Origin: Thermoanaerobaculia bacterium
Lineage (GTDB): Bacteria > Acidobacteriota > Thermoanaerobaculia > Multivoradales > UBA5704
Length of the DNA stretch: 64,000 bases
Direction of reading: 5' to 3'
Assembly (NCBI GenBank): GCA_044226625.1
Contig: JBGAGQ010000011.1
Coordinates: forward strand, 32,001 to 96,000
The notes beneath the pieces were generated by a model. The model did not search any database. It saw nothing but the letters and a program-made list of their open reading frames with translations, and had not been told where the DNA came from. Below, piece by piece: positions 39,502 to 49,410 of this stretch. Within the stretch, counting starts at the first letter, position 1. Every line of letters begins with the position of its first letter. The position numbers and the translations under genes were made by a program.

Positions 39502-39530
39502 AAAAGCAAAACGCCCGAGAAGCTCGGGCG
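39502..39530 (-). terminator. Intrinsic terminator after tRNA-Glu
   Basis: Minus strand CGCCCGAG-ctt-CTCGGGCG-TTTTGCTTTT. Confidence 0.7.
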
Positions 39531-39547
39531 CTGGAAGGTCGAAGCTT

Positions 39548-39623
39548 TGGTAGCGCATACGGGATTCGAACCCGTGTTCCCGCCGTGAGAGGGCGACGTC
39601 CTAGACCCCTAGACGAATGCGCC
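39548..39623 (-). tRNA. tRNA-Glu (anticodon CTC)
   Basis: GGCGCATTCGTCTAGGGGTCTAGGACGTCGCC-CTCTCAC-GGCGGGAACACGGGTTCGAATCCCGTATGCGCTACCA, 76 nt with encoded CCA. Confidence 0.96.
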
Positions 39624-39644
39624 GGAACATCAACCGCGGGCGGA

Positions 39645-39674
39645 TTTATAGCACAACGCTTCCGGCGACTTCAA
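39645..39674 (-). promoter_or_regulatory. Putative sigma70 promoter of tRNA-Glu
   Basis: TTGAAG-N18-TATAAA with TGn extension, 21 bp upstream of the tRNA. Confidence 0.55.
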
Positions 39675-39679
39675 ATCCG

Positions 39680-42097
39680 CTAGTCGTTCCGCAGCGCCTC
39701 CACGGGGTTGACCTGGGTCGCGCGGGTCGCCGGAAGGTAGCTCGCGACGAGCCCCACCGAGGCGAGCAGACCCGCCACCAGGAGGATCGACGCCGGGTCG
39801 TACGGCTCGACCCCGTAGAGGATTTTCGAGAGGAAGAACGAGAGCCCGATCGCCACCGGGATCCCGCAGCCGAGCGCCAGGAACACGAGCTTCGCCCCTT
39901 GGCCGACGACCAGCTTGAGGACCTGCTCGCGCCGGGCGCCGAGGGCGACCCGCACGCCGATCTCCCGCCGCCGTTGGCCGACCAAATAGGAGAGGAGCCC
40001 GTAGACGCCGATCGCAGCCAGCGCGAGCGCGAGGCCCGCGAAGACCGAGAACATGCCGCCGAAGAAGCGCTGGTCCCAAATCCGCGAGTTGAAGAGCGTA
40101 CGCAGCGTTTGCAGGTCGAAGACCGGCAAGCCCGGATCGGCGGCCCGGATCACGCGCCGTGCGCCCTGGGCGACGGTCGCGGGCGGGCTGCTCGTGCGCA
40201 GTGTGAATCCCGTGTTCGGCATCGGCGCCCAGCGATAGGGGAGGAATGCCGCCGGCTCGACTCCTTCGTTCTCCGTGTCGAATCCGTCGTAATGGAAATC
40301 CGGCACCACGCCGATCACGGTGATCCAGGGTTTGCCTTCCTCGTCGAGCAGTCGGAAGCGTTGCCCGACCGGATCCTGCTTCGGCCAACGCTTCTTGGCG
40401 AAAGCCTGGTTGATCACCGCGAGCGGGGCTTTGCCGATCTCTTCCGAGTCGTTGAACATGCGGCCGGAAACGAGCTTTACGCCCGTGGCGTCCATGAAGT
40501 GCGCGGTCACCCCGGCCCAGTAGCTGTAAGGCTCCTTGCCGGGTTCCACCGGATGGCCGGCGATCTCGATCGAGCCGCCCGCGCCGCCGCCGCCGAGCGG
40601 GATCAGGTTCGAGGCCGCGACCGCCTCGACGCCGGGGAGCGTCTCGAGGCGCTGCACCAGCTCTTCCACCCGCCGGCTCTTGGCATCCGGCTCGACGTAG
40701 GACTCGCCGGGCAGATAGATCCGAAGCGTCATGATCCGGTCGACGTCGAAGCCGGGATCCGCGCCGCGCACCGCGAGGAAGCTGCGCATCATCAGCGCGG
40801 CCCCCACGAGGAGGACCAGGGCGAGGCCGAGCTCGCCGACCACGAGCAGGTTGCGCATCCACGACCGGCCGCCGGCATCCGAACGGCCGCCCGATTTGAG
40901 AATGTCGTGCAGGTTCCTGCCGGTCGCCTGGAGCGCCGGTACGATGCCGAAGAGAAGCCCGGTGCCGATCGCCGCCGCGGCGGTGAACGCGAGAACCGGA
41001 CCGTCGATCACGACCTGGATCCAGTAGGGCGGCTGGTTGTCCGCCGGGATCGAGGACATCATCCAGAGCACGCCGAAATGGGCGAGGCCCACGCCGAGGA
41101 TTCCGCCGCCGATTCCGACCAGGACGCTCTCGGTCAACACCTCGCGCATCAGCCGGTGCCTTCCGGCGCCGATCGCCGCGCGCACCGCGAGCTCGCGGCC
41201 GCGGGCCGTGACCCGGGAGAGGAACAGATTCGCCACGTTGGCACAGGCGATGAGCAGGACGAAGATCACCATGAACATGAGGATCAGCGTCATGCGGTGC
41301 ATCCCCTCGCCGACCAGCTCGCGCCGAAGCGAGCGGACTTCGCCGCCCCATCCCTTGTCCTCCGGGTGCTCGTTCGCGATCTTGGCGGCGAACGCCTCGA
41401 CCTGCGACTGGGCCGCCTCGACCGTCGAGCCCGGGGCGAGCCGGGCATAGACCGAGATCACTCGGTCGGCGCGCGGGTTCTCGTGGTGGTCGAGCGCCAA
41501 CGGCGCCCACGCGAGGCATCTCTGGGGGAATTGGAACCGGGGAGGCATGACTCCGACGATGGTGGTCGCGCGATTGTTGACCAGGACCGACGTACCGATC
41601 ACCTTGGGGTCGCCTTCGAACCGGCGTAGCCAGAGCTCGTGCGAGATCAAGATCGTCCGCGGCGCGCCGGGCTGGTCGTCTTCCGGTCGCAACAAGCGGC
41701 CGAGCGCGGGTTTGACCCCGAGCATCGGAAACAGGTTCGCCGACATGTCGAGGCCGATCACCCGTTCGGGCTCGTCCTGGCCCGCGAAGGTGAGGCTGCG
41801 CTGGGTAAACCCAGCCACCTCGGAGAAGACCCCTCGGCTCTCGACCAGCTCCCGGTACGCCGGATAGGCGAAGTCGGCGCCTTTGATGTCGGCCTGCAGC
41901 TGGTTCGTGTGGAGGCTCAGGATGCGGTCGGGATCTGCGAACGGGAAGGGCCGAAGGAGAATCGCGTTCACCACGCTGAAGATGGTCGTGGTCGTACCGA
42001 TTCCCAGACCGATGCAGACGATGGCCGCGAGGGTGGTCGTCGGCGTCTTGGCCAGCATGCGCAAGGCATAGCGGATTTCACGCAATAGGGTGTCCAC
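39680..42097 (-). CDS. ADOP-type duplicated ABC permease (MacB/FtsX x2)
   Basis: LLREIRYALRMLAKTP, LLIACANVANL, RELAVRAAIGAGR, RRREIGVRVALGA, ATQVNPVEALR. Confidence 0.92.
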   Translation of the reverse strand: MDTLLREIRYALRMLAKTPTTTLAAIVCIGLGIGTTTTIFSVVNAILLRPFPFADPDRILSLHTNQLQADIKGADFAYPAYRELVESRGVFSEVAGFTQRSLTFAGQDEPERVIGLDMSANLFPMLGVKPALGRLLRPEDDQPGAPRTILISHELWLRRFEGDPKVIGTSVLVNNRATTIVGVMPPRFQFPQRCLAWAPLALDHHENPRADRVISVYARLAPGSTVEAAQSQVEAFAAKIANEHPEDKGWGGEVRSLRRELVGEGMHRMTLILMFMVIFVLLIACANVANLFLSRVTARGRELAVRAAIGAGRHRLMREVLTESVLVGIGGGILGVGLAHFGVLWMMSSIPADNQPPYWIQVVIDGPVLAFTAAAAIGTGLLFGIVPALQATGRNLHDILKSGGRSDAGGRSWMRNLLVVGELGLALVLLVGAALMMRSFLAVRGADPGFDVDRIMTLRIYLPGESYVEPDAKSRRVEELVQRLETLPGVEAVAASNLIPLGGGGAGGSIEIAGHPVEPGKEPYSYWAGVTAHFMDATGVKLVSGRMFNDSEEIGKAPLAVINQAFAKKRWPKQDPVGQRFRLLDEEGKPWITVIGVVPDFHYDGFDTENEGVEPAAFLPYRWAPMPNTGFTLRTSSPPATVAQGARRVIRAADPGLPVFDLQTLRTLFNSRIWDQRFFGGMFSVFAGLALALAAIGVYGLLSYLVGQRRREIGVRVALGARREQVLKLVVGQGAKLVFLALGCGIPVAIGLSFFLSKILYGVEPYDPASILLVAGLLASVGLVASYLPATRATQVNPVEALRND

Positions 42098-42192
42098 GGG
42101 AGATCTCCTCAGAGGCGAAAAACGACAAACCTCCTCCTTTAGGAGAGGCCTACGGACGAGCCGCGACGTTTGTTTCGGTGACCGCGGGAATC

Positions 42193-43320
42193 CTACCGGA
42201 GCGCCCGATCCAGGTCCTCGATCAGGTCGTCCGGGTGCTCGAGACCGACGGAGACGCGGAGCAGCCCTTCCGGCGCCCGGGTATGCGCCCCTTCGACGGA
42301 GGCGCGATGCTCGATCAGGCTCTCGACTCCCCCCAGGCTGGTCGCGCGGGTGAAGACCTTCACCTTCGCCGCGACCTCGAACGCCCGGGCTCGGCCGCCC
42401 GGAACGACGAAGGAGAGCATGCCGCCCCAGGCGCTCATCTGGCGTTTCGCGACCTCGTGACCGGGGTGAGCGGGCAGCCCGGGAAAGAAGACTTTTTCGA
42501 CGCCGGCGTGGGCCTCGAGGAACGTCGCGAGCCGAGCCGCGTTCTCGCAGTGCAGGCGCATTCGGGCGGGAAGGGTCCGGATGCCACGCAGCACGAGCCA
42601 GCTGTCGAACGCCGAGGCACCCGCTCCGGCGCTCGCCTGGAGCCGGCGGACGCGCGCGAAAAGCGGGTTCTCCTCCCGGGCGACGAGCGCGCCGCCGAGG
42701 ACGTCGCAATGACCGCCCAGATATTTGGTCGTCGAATGGAGGACCAGGTCGGCGCCGAGCTCGAGCGGTCGCTGCAGCACGGGGGTTGCCCACGTGTTGT
42801 CGACGAGGGTGAGCGCCCCGCGGCTTTTCGCGCGCTCGGCGATTGCCGCCACCGCCGATACGTCGGCAATCCCGAGCAGCGGGTTCGACGGGGTTTCGAG
42901 CCAGACCAAGCGAGTCGTCGGCCGAAGCGCCCGCTCGACCGCGGCGAGGTCGGACAGGTCGACGAAGCTCGACTCGAGACCCCAAGCGCCGAAGGTTTCG
43001 GACAGCAGCTGGCGGGTGCCGTAGAACACGTCGTCCGGAGCGATCACGTGGTCGCCCGGCGCGAGCGCCTGGAGGAGCGTCGAGGTCGCGGCCGAGCCGC
43101 TCGCGAAAGCCGCGGCGGAAGCTCCCCCTTCGAGCGCCGCGAGACACCGCTCGAGGTCGGCTCGATTCGGCTGGCTTTCGCGCGAGTAGATGTGACCTTT
43201 GGGATAGGAGCCGTCCTCCGCCCGCTCGAACGTCGTCGCGAGATGGAGCGAGGCCGAGACGCCTCCCGAGGCGGGCTCGATCGAGCGTCCGGCGTGGATG
43301 GCGAGCGTTTCGATGCGCAT
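42193..43320 (-). CDS. PLP-dependent trans-sulfuration enzyme (cystathionine gamma-synthase/lyase)
   Basis: YSRESQP, WLETPSNP, VDNTWATP, HSTTKYLGGH, SLGGVESL. Confidence 0.92.
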   Translation of the reverse strand: MRIETLAIHAGRSIEPASGGVSASLHLATTFERAEDGSYPKGHIYSRESQPNRADLERCLAALEGGASAAAFASGSAATSTLLQALAPGDHVIAPDDVFYGTRQLLSETFGAWGLESSFVDLSDLAAVERALRPTTRLVWLETPSNPLLGIADVSAVAAIAERAKSRGALTLVDNTWATPVLQRPLELGADLVLHSTTKYLGGHCDVLGGALVAREENPLFARVRRLQASAGAGASAFDSWLVLRGIRTLPARMRLHCENAARLATFLEAHAGVEKVFFPGLPAHPGHEVAKRQMSAWGGMLSFVVPGGRARAFEVAAKVKVFTRATSLGGVESLIEHRASVEGAHTRAPEGLLRVSVGLEHPDDLIEDLDRALR

Positions 43321-43544
43321 AGGGTCCCTCCTCGCGATGCCCTCCCATCTTACGTCGCCGCGCGATTTCGAGAGGCGCGGACGGCGTTTACACCTCGCGA
43401 CCCGGGTGCTAGGGTCCCCGGCGGTTTTTCGACGCTCCTCGTCGAGGCGGGTACGCCTCATGGCTTCGCGCCGCTCGCGCTGCTCACGCCAATCGCGGGC
43501 TCGAACGAGACGAGGAGCCGGCACCCAAACTCTTGGAGGTTTCC

Positions 43545-45806
43545 ATGCGTCGATCGGTCGCGTTGGGTTTCGCCCTGCTCCTCGTCGTTCGCTTCGCCCA
43601 CGCCGAGGGGGGAGATCCTCCCACCTTGCTGGGCTTTTCGACCGAGCGCTCGAACGCCGAGCGGGCGTTGGAGCAGCAGCTCGACCGATCGGTGAGCGCC
43701 GAGCAGATGAGGGAATGGTTGAAGCGGCTCTCGGCCCGCCCCCATCATCTCGGATCGCCGTACGGCCGGCAGAATGCCGAGTTCATCGCGGGGCTCTATC
43801 GCTCCTTCGGGTTCGACACGAAGATCGAAGAGTTCCGCGTCCTGTTCCCGACCCCCAAGCTGCGCAAGCTCGAGCTCCTCGCGCCCACCCCGTTCGCGGC
43901 GTCTCTTTCCGAACCGGCGATTCCCGGCGACTCCACCTCGGGCCAAGCGGCGGAGATGCTGCCGACCTACAACGCCTATTCGGTCGACGGCGACGTGACG
44001 GGCGAGCTGGTCTACGTCAACTACGGCATCCCGGAGGACTATGACGAGCTGGAGCGTCGGGGCATCGACGTGATGGGGAAGATCGTCATCGCCCGCTACG
44101 GCCACTCCTGGCGCGGGATCAAGCCGAAGGTTGCGGCGGAGCACGGCGCGATCGGCTGCATCCTCTATTCCGATCCGGCCGACGACGGCTACGGCCAGGG
44201 CGACGTCTATCCCAAGGGCGGATGGCGGAGCGACCGGGCGGTTCAACGCGGCTCGGTCTCGGATGGCCCCCTTCGCTCCGGCGATCCGCTCACCCCGGGG
44301 ATCGGCGCGACGGCGGATGCGCCGCGCATCGATCGCAAGGACGCCGTGACCCTCACGAAGATCCCCGTGCTGCCGATCTCCTATGCCGACGCCCTGCCGT
44401 TCCTGAAGGCGCTCGGCGGCCCGGTCGCCCCGGAGTCGTATCGCGGAGGTCTGCCGATCGCGTACCACCTCGGCCCGGGACCCGCCAAGGTCCACCTCGC
44501 GCTCGCGTTCAACTGGGACCTGGCCACGGTGCTCGACGTGATCGCGACGCTCCCCGGCTCGGAGCTTCCCGACGAATGGGTGATCCGCGGCAACCACCAC
44601 GACGCGTGGGTCCACGGCGCCACCGATCCGCTGTCCGGCCAGGTGGCGCTGCTCTCCGAAGCCAAGGCGATCGGCGCGCTCGCGCAGACTGGATGGCGGC
44701 CGCGGCGGACCATCGTCTACGCCTCGTGGGATGGCGAGGAGCCAGGCCTCCTGGGCTCCGTCGAATGGGCCGAAACGCACGCGGAAGAGCTTCAGAAGAA
44801 GGCGGTTGCCTATATCAACAGCGACAGCAACGCCCGCGGCTTTCTCGGCCTCGGCGGCTCGCATTCTCTGGAAGCGTTCTTAAACGACGTCGCGCGAGAC
44901 GTCGTCGATCCGGAAAAAGGGGTGTCCGCCTTCGAGCGGGCTCGCGCCTACCAGAGCCTGAACGGCACCGCCGAGGAGAAGCGGGAGGCGCGCGACCGGT
45001 CGAACCTACGGATCGGCGCGCTCGGCTCGGGCTCGGACTACACGCCGTTTCTGCAGCATCTGGGCATCGCTTCAGTAGACGTCGGCTATGGCGGAGAGGA
45101 CGAATACGGGCAGTACCACACGGCGTATGACAGCTTCGATCACTTCGTCCGGTTCGTCGATCCCGATTTGTCGTACGGGGTGGCGCTCGCCCAGACGGGC
45201 GGCCGCATGGTGTTGCGCCTGGCCCAAGCCGACGTGCTGCCCTTCGAGTTCACCGGCTTCGCGGAAAACGTCGCCCGGTACGCGCGACAGGTGCGCGAGC
45301 TGGCGGACGATTTGCGCACCGAGACCGAGGATCAGAACCGCCTGATTGCCGATGGCGCCTATGCCCACGTTTTCGATCCGCGCCATCCCTACGTCCTGCC
45401 CGAGGCGAAGGATCCCGTGCCGTTCCTGAATTTCGCGCCGCTGCAGAACGCGGTGGCCGCCGTGGAAAAGAGCGCCAAGGCCTTCAGCACCGCCGCCGCC
45501 CTGCGCGCCCGATCGGGGCGGCCATATGACGCCGCCGAGCTCCAGAACCTCGGCAAGCTCCTGATCGGCACCGAGCGGGCTCTCACCCGGCCCGAAGGCC
45601 TTCCCGGCCGACCCTGGTACGTCCACCAGATCTACGCCCCGGGGTTCTACACCGGGTACGGCGTGAAGACCCTGCCGGGAATCCGGGAATCGATCGAGGG
45701 CCGCAAGTGGGACCAGGCCGCCCGCGAGATGGAAGTCGTGGCGCAGACCCTGCTCGGCTACGCCGCGCAGATCGATCGCGCCACGGCGGCTCTCGGAGGA
45801 AGGTAG
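43545..45806 (+). CDS. M28 glutamate carboxypeptidase II-like peptidase (PA + TfR dimerisation domain)
   Basis: Signal peptide; YVNYG, GNHHDAW, WDGEE, GSGSDY, YHTAYD, PGRPWYVHQIYAPG. Confidence 0.92.
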   Translation: MRRSVALGFALLLVVRFAHAEGGDPPTLLGFSTERSNAERALEQQLDRSVSAEQMREWLKRLSARPHHLGSPYGRQNAEFIAGLYRSFGFDTKIEEFRVLFPTPKLRKLELLAPTPFAASLSEPAIPGDSTSGQAAEMLPTYNAYSVDGDVTGELVYVNYGIPEDYDELERRGIDVMGKIVIARYGHSWRGIKPKVAAEHGAIGCILYSDPADDGYGQGDVYPKGGWRSDRAVQRGSVSDGPLRSGDPLTPGIGATADAPRIDRKDAVTLTKIPVLPISYADALPFLKALGGPVAPESYRGGLPIAYHLGPGPAKVHLALAFNWDLATVLDVIATLPGSELPDEWVIRGNHHDAWVHGATDPLSGQVALLSEAKAIGALAQTGWRPRRTIVYASWDGEEPGLLGSVEWAETHAEELQKKAVAYINSDSNARGFLGLGGSHSLEAFLNDVARDVVDPEKGVSAFERARAYQSLNGTAEEKREARDRSNLRIGALGSGSDYTPFLQHLGIASVDVGYGGEDEYGQYHTAYDSFDHFVRFVDPDLSYGVALAQTGGRMVLRLAQADVLPFEFTGFAENVARYARQVRELADDLRTETEDQNRLIADGAYAHVFDPRHPYVLPEAKDPVPFLNFAPLQNAVAAVEKSAKAFSTAAALRARSGRPYDAAELQNLGKLLIGTERALTRPEGLPGRPWYVHQIYAPGFYTGYGVKTLPGIRESIEGRKWDQAAREMEVVAQTLLGYAAQIDRATAALGGR

Positions 45807-46061
45807 CGGCGGCCGTCGCGCGCCGCCTCCTCGCTTACCCCATCATCGGCCGGCCCGGCATCCCGCCGGGACCGGCCGCCGCTTCACCTCGGGCGCCGGT
45901 TCTCCAGACCTTTCGCGGTCTCGGCGGTGTGGCTCGGCAAGCCGGCTCGTCTGTGCGGAATCAAGGGTTCGCACGTACAATCCACGTCCCATGTCGTCGT
46001 CGGGGCCTCTCCCCGCCGCCCTTTTGACCTGCTTTCGTTTTTTCGAGACTCCCGCCAACCC

Positions 46062-47150
46062 ATGAAACCCGTCGAGATTCACGAGTTCCTCGCCGAGCGC
46101 GTCATCGGCCAAGACGAGACCCTTCGGTTCGTGGCGGTCGCGATCTTCAAACACCTCGAGGGGGAGAAATACGGCAACCTCCTTCTGATCGGAAACTCCG
46201 GAACCGGCAAGACCACGATCATGCGCGGGATCGAGGCGCTCTACGCCGCGCACGACGAGTTTCGCGAATACCGGGTCGTCTTGATCATGAACGCGAGCAC
46301 GATCGCGGCCGAAGACGGAGCGATCGACACGTCGCGCCTCTTCCACCGGTTGGAAGAGCGGACGCGCCAGGTGCTGGGCGCCGGCGCTACGGCCGAGGAG
46401 ATCGGCCGGGCGATGGAGCGCGCGACGGTCTGCCTGGACGAGATCGACAAGGTCTCGGGCGTCGTCGGCGGCAAGCCGTACGTCACCGGCATCAACATCC
46501 AGCAGGCGCTGCTCACCCTGATCGAAGGCGAGAGGGTGAGCCACAAAATCACGGTGATGAAGGACAAGACGCCCGAGACGACCAACGTCTGGATCGACAC
46601 GGGCAAGATGCTGTTCCTGTGCGCCGGCGCCTTCGAGACCCTGTACGACCAGGTGTTCCAGCGCGTGATCTCGCCGAAGAGCGGGATCAAGCTGCCGACG
46701 ACGACGATCTACGAAAACGGCAAGATCCAGATCCGCGAGTACTTCACCCTGCGCCATCACTTCCGCCAGGAAGACCTGTTCGAGTACGGGATGCAGCCTC
46801 AGTTCCTCTCCCGCTTCGACAACGCGGTGATCCTCGAGGACCTGACGCCGGGTACCCTCGCGCGGATCTTCCGCGAGCCGGCCGAAGGGGTCCTCCAGGT
46901 GTCCCAGAACTTCTTCCGCAAGATGGGCATCGACCTCGAGGTGACCGGGCCGGCGATCCACAAGATCGCCGACGAGGCGTCGAAGAGCAGCCGCATCGGT
47001 GCCCGAGCGCTCAAGTCGGTCTTTGGGCGGGTGATCAAGCCGTTCGAGTTCGATCCGTTCGGCCAACCGGAGGTCCAGCCGGAGGGAGAACGCCACCGGT
47101 TGGTGATCGACGAGAAGGTCGTCCAGTCGACTCTCAAGCCGGCGGTCTGA
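46062..47150 (+). CDS. ClpX-like AAA+ ATPase, atypical
   Basis: VIGQDE, GNSGTGKT, LDEIDK, QQALLTLIEG, FLCAGAF, GARAL; no N-terminal Zn finger. Confidence 0.85.
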   Translation: MKPVEIHEFLAERVIGQDETLRFVAVAIFKHLEGEKYGNLLLIGNSGTGKTTIMRGIEALYAAHDEFREYRVVLIMNASTIAAEDGAIDTSRLFHRLEERTRQVLGAGATAEEIGRAMERATVCLDEIDKVSGVVGGKPYVTGINIQQALLTLIEGERVSHKITVMKDKTPETTNVWIDTGKMLFLCAGAFETLYDQVFQRVISPKSGIKLPTTTIYENGKIQIREYFTLRHHFRQEDLFEYGMQPQFLSRFDNAVILEDLTPGTLARIFREPAEGVLQVSQNFFRKMGIDLEVTGPAIHKIADEASKSSRIGARALKSVFGRVIKPFEFDPFGQPEVQPEGERHRLVIDEKVVQSTLKPAV

Positions 47151-47219
47151 GCTTCGATGTTCTGGATCGAGCCGCTTCGGCGAGATTCCGCGCGTTTCCT
47201 CTGAGATAGAATTTCGTCG

Positions 47220-48124
47220 ATGAGCCGGAAGAACGCCTATCGTCGTCGCCGCAAGCCCAGCCCGATCGTCGGGCTCGTCCTGCTGAGCGCCACCGCCGCG
47301 GCAACCGCGGCGCTCGTGCTCGCCTATCGGCGGGGTCACCTCGACGGGTTCCTCGACCTCGATCCGGAGCTCGATCCGGGACGCATCGGCGGGGAGCTCT
47401 TCTCGCCCACTCCGCGGCTCCAGGATCTCGCCCTCTGGCTGCCCGGACCGGCCGGCAACCTCTTCGTCCGGGACGGTGGGGCCGGCGGCTCCCACGACCT
47501 GCCGCTGTTGTTCGTCCATGGCCTCGGCGGCAACGGCGGCCAGTGGGTGCTCCAGCTCGACGCGTTCCGTTCGGAACGGCGGGCGATCGCCCTCGACCTT
47601 CGCGGCCACGGCGAGTCGGATCCGGCAAGCGACGGCGACTATTCGGTTGGCGCGCTCGCGAGCGACATCGCCGCGGTCGCCGACCAGCTCCACCTGCGCC
47701 GGTTCGTCCTGGTCGCCCACAGCCTCGGATCTCTGCCGGCGATCGCCTACGCCGCCGAGCACCCGGACCGCGTGGCGGCCCTCGTCCTGGTCGATCCCAA
47801 CGGCGACCAAACGCGGCTCCCGGCGGCCGAGGTCGAATCCTTCCTGAGCGCCGTCCGCCGCGACCCCGTCGCCGAGACCCAGGCCTACTTCCGGCAGCTG
47901 GTGGTCGGCGGCGATCGCGAAGCCGCCGGCTGGATTCTCGAAGATCTGGCGGAGACGGCGCCCCAGGCGATCGTCGGCGCGCTCGAAGGAGCCGCGGCCT
48001 TCTCCCCGATGGGCCCGCTCTCGGCCTACCCGGGACCGAAGATCGCCCTGGTGAGCGAGCTCAACAGCTTGCCGATCAGCCTGCGCGCGCGCTCGACGAG
48101 CTGTTGGAAGCGATCGAGTCGTAA
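47220..48124 (+). pseudogene. Membrane-anchored alpha/beta hydrolase with a C-terminal lesion
   Basis: FVHGLGG, DLRGHGES, AHSLG. After LPISL the frame shifts; the natural-looking end RALDELLEAIES* is in another frame and the catalytic-His segment is missing. Confidence 0.6.
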
Positions 48125-48201
48125 ACGACTCGCCCGCGGCCACCCTCGCTTGGCCGCGAACCCGCCGCGCTGCCCGAGCGAGAGAATGCGATGATCCCCA
48201 C

Positions 48202-49320
48202 ATGGAGGGGTCGACTCGCGGAAGCTCTTGGCAACCTCGTTACACCCTCACGGCGGGCGCCGTTCGGTCGCTCCTGAAAATCGAGGCCGCGAAGACGATC
48301 GTGGGAGGCACGCCGTTCCCGCCGTCGATCGCCGAGCAGCTGCGCAGGCGGGCCCGGGTAAGGTCCACCCACTATTCGACCCGCATCGAAGGGAATCGCC
48401 TGACCCTGGAGGAGGCCGAGCAAGCGCTATTCCGGCAGGCCGTCCCGTTTCATGGTCGGGAGCGAGACGTGACGGAGGTCCGAAACTATTGGACCGCCTT
48501 GCTCCGGACCGAGGAGTGGGCCGCGCGAAAGACCCCGCTCACCGAAGGCCTGATTCAACGTTTACATGCATTGGAGGAAAACGGTCCGCGGGCGCGGCCG
48601 ACCCCGTGGCGGACCGGTCAGAACGTCATTCGCGATTCCGAAACGGGGGCGATCGTCTACCTTCCTCCCGAAGCGAAGGACGTTCCGGATCTCATGGCGG
48701 CTCTGGTGCGGTGGGTGGAACGTGAGAGCGGCGATTTGCCGGTTCCCCTGATCGCCGGCCTCGCTCATTACCAATTCGTCACGATCCACCCCTACTACGA
48801 CGGCAACGGGCGCACGGCGCGGCTGTTGGCGACTTTTCTGCTTCACCGGGGCGGCTACGGCCTCCAAGGGTTCTTTTCGCTCGAGGAGTACCATGCCCGC
48901 GATTTGGCGGCCTATTACTCGTCGCTCGTCACCCACCCTCACCACAACTACTACGAGGGGCGTGCCGAGGCAGACCTCACGCCGTGGCTCGAGTACTTTC
49001 TCGAGATCCTGGCGACCGTCTTCGGCAACGTCTCCGACGAGGCGTTGCGAGCGACAGAAGAAGACCGATCGACCGAACCGGAGGCGCTCCGGCGGCTGGA
49101 TCCGAGAGCGAAGACTTTGCTGGCGCATTTCGCCCGCCACGATCGGTTGACCGCTCGCGACGCGGCTTCCGCTCTGGGCCTTTCGGAACGAACCACTCGC
49201 GACCTGCTGAGCCGTTGGGTGCGCGAGGGGTTCCTCGAGATCGCCGACCCTTCCCGCCGCGCCCGGTCGTATGCGTTATCGGCGGTTTATCGGCGGCTTA
49301 TCGGCGGTTCTTCGACGTGA
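48202..49320 (+). CDS. Fic family protein with C-terminal winged HTH
   Basis: HPYYDGNGRTAR Fic motif; STRIEGN inhibitory motif; ASALGLSERTTRDLL. Confidence 0.92.
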   Translation: MEGSTRGSSWQPRYTLTAGAVRSLLKIEAAKTIVGGTPFPPSIAEQLRRRARVRSTHYSTRIEGNRLTLEEAEQALFRQAVPFHGRERDVTEVRNYWTALLRTEEWAARKTPLTEGLIQRLHALEENGPRARPTPWRTGQNVIRDSETGAIVYLPPEAKDVPDLMAALVRWVERESGDLPVPLIAGLAHYQFVTIHPYYDGNGRTARLLATFLLHRGGYGLQGFFSLEEYHARDLAAYYSSLVTHPHHNYYEGRAEADLTPWLEYFLEILATVFGNVSDEALRATEEDRSTEPEALRRLDPRAKTLLAHFARHDRLTARDAASALGLSERTTRDLLSRWVREGFLEIADPSRRARSYALSAVYRRLIGGSST

Positions 49321-49410
49321 CTAATACCGACGTTCCGGATCGGCGTCTCGATCCATGGCCGGGTGCGAGGCAGGTCTCGCGCTCGCCTTCTCGAGAAAGG
49401 ACGCTACGCC

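Noticed and set aside
36600-39547. Integrated prophage/ICE at tRNA-Glu
   Set aside because: No integrase, no phage or conjugation genes, and no duplicated tRNA 3' end found.
43321-43544. SAM riboswitch upstream of the trans-sulfuration gene
   Set aside because: No recognisable SAM-I/II core motifs or terminator.
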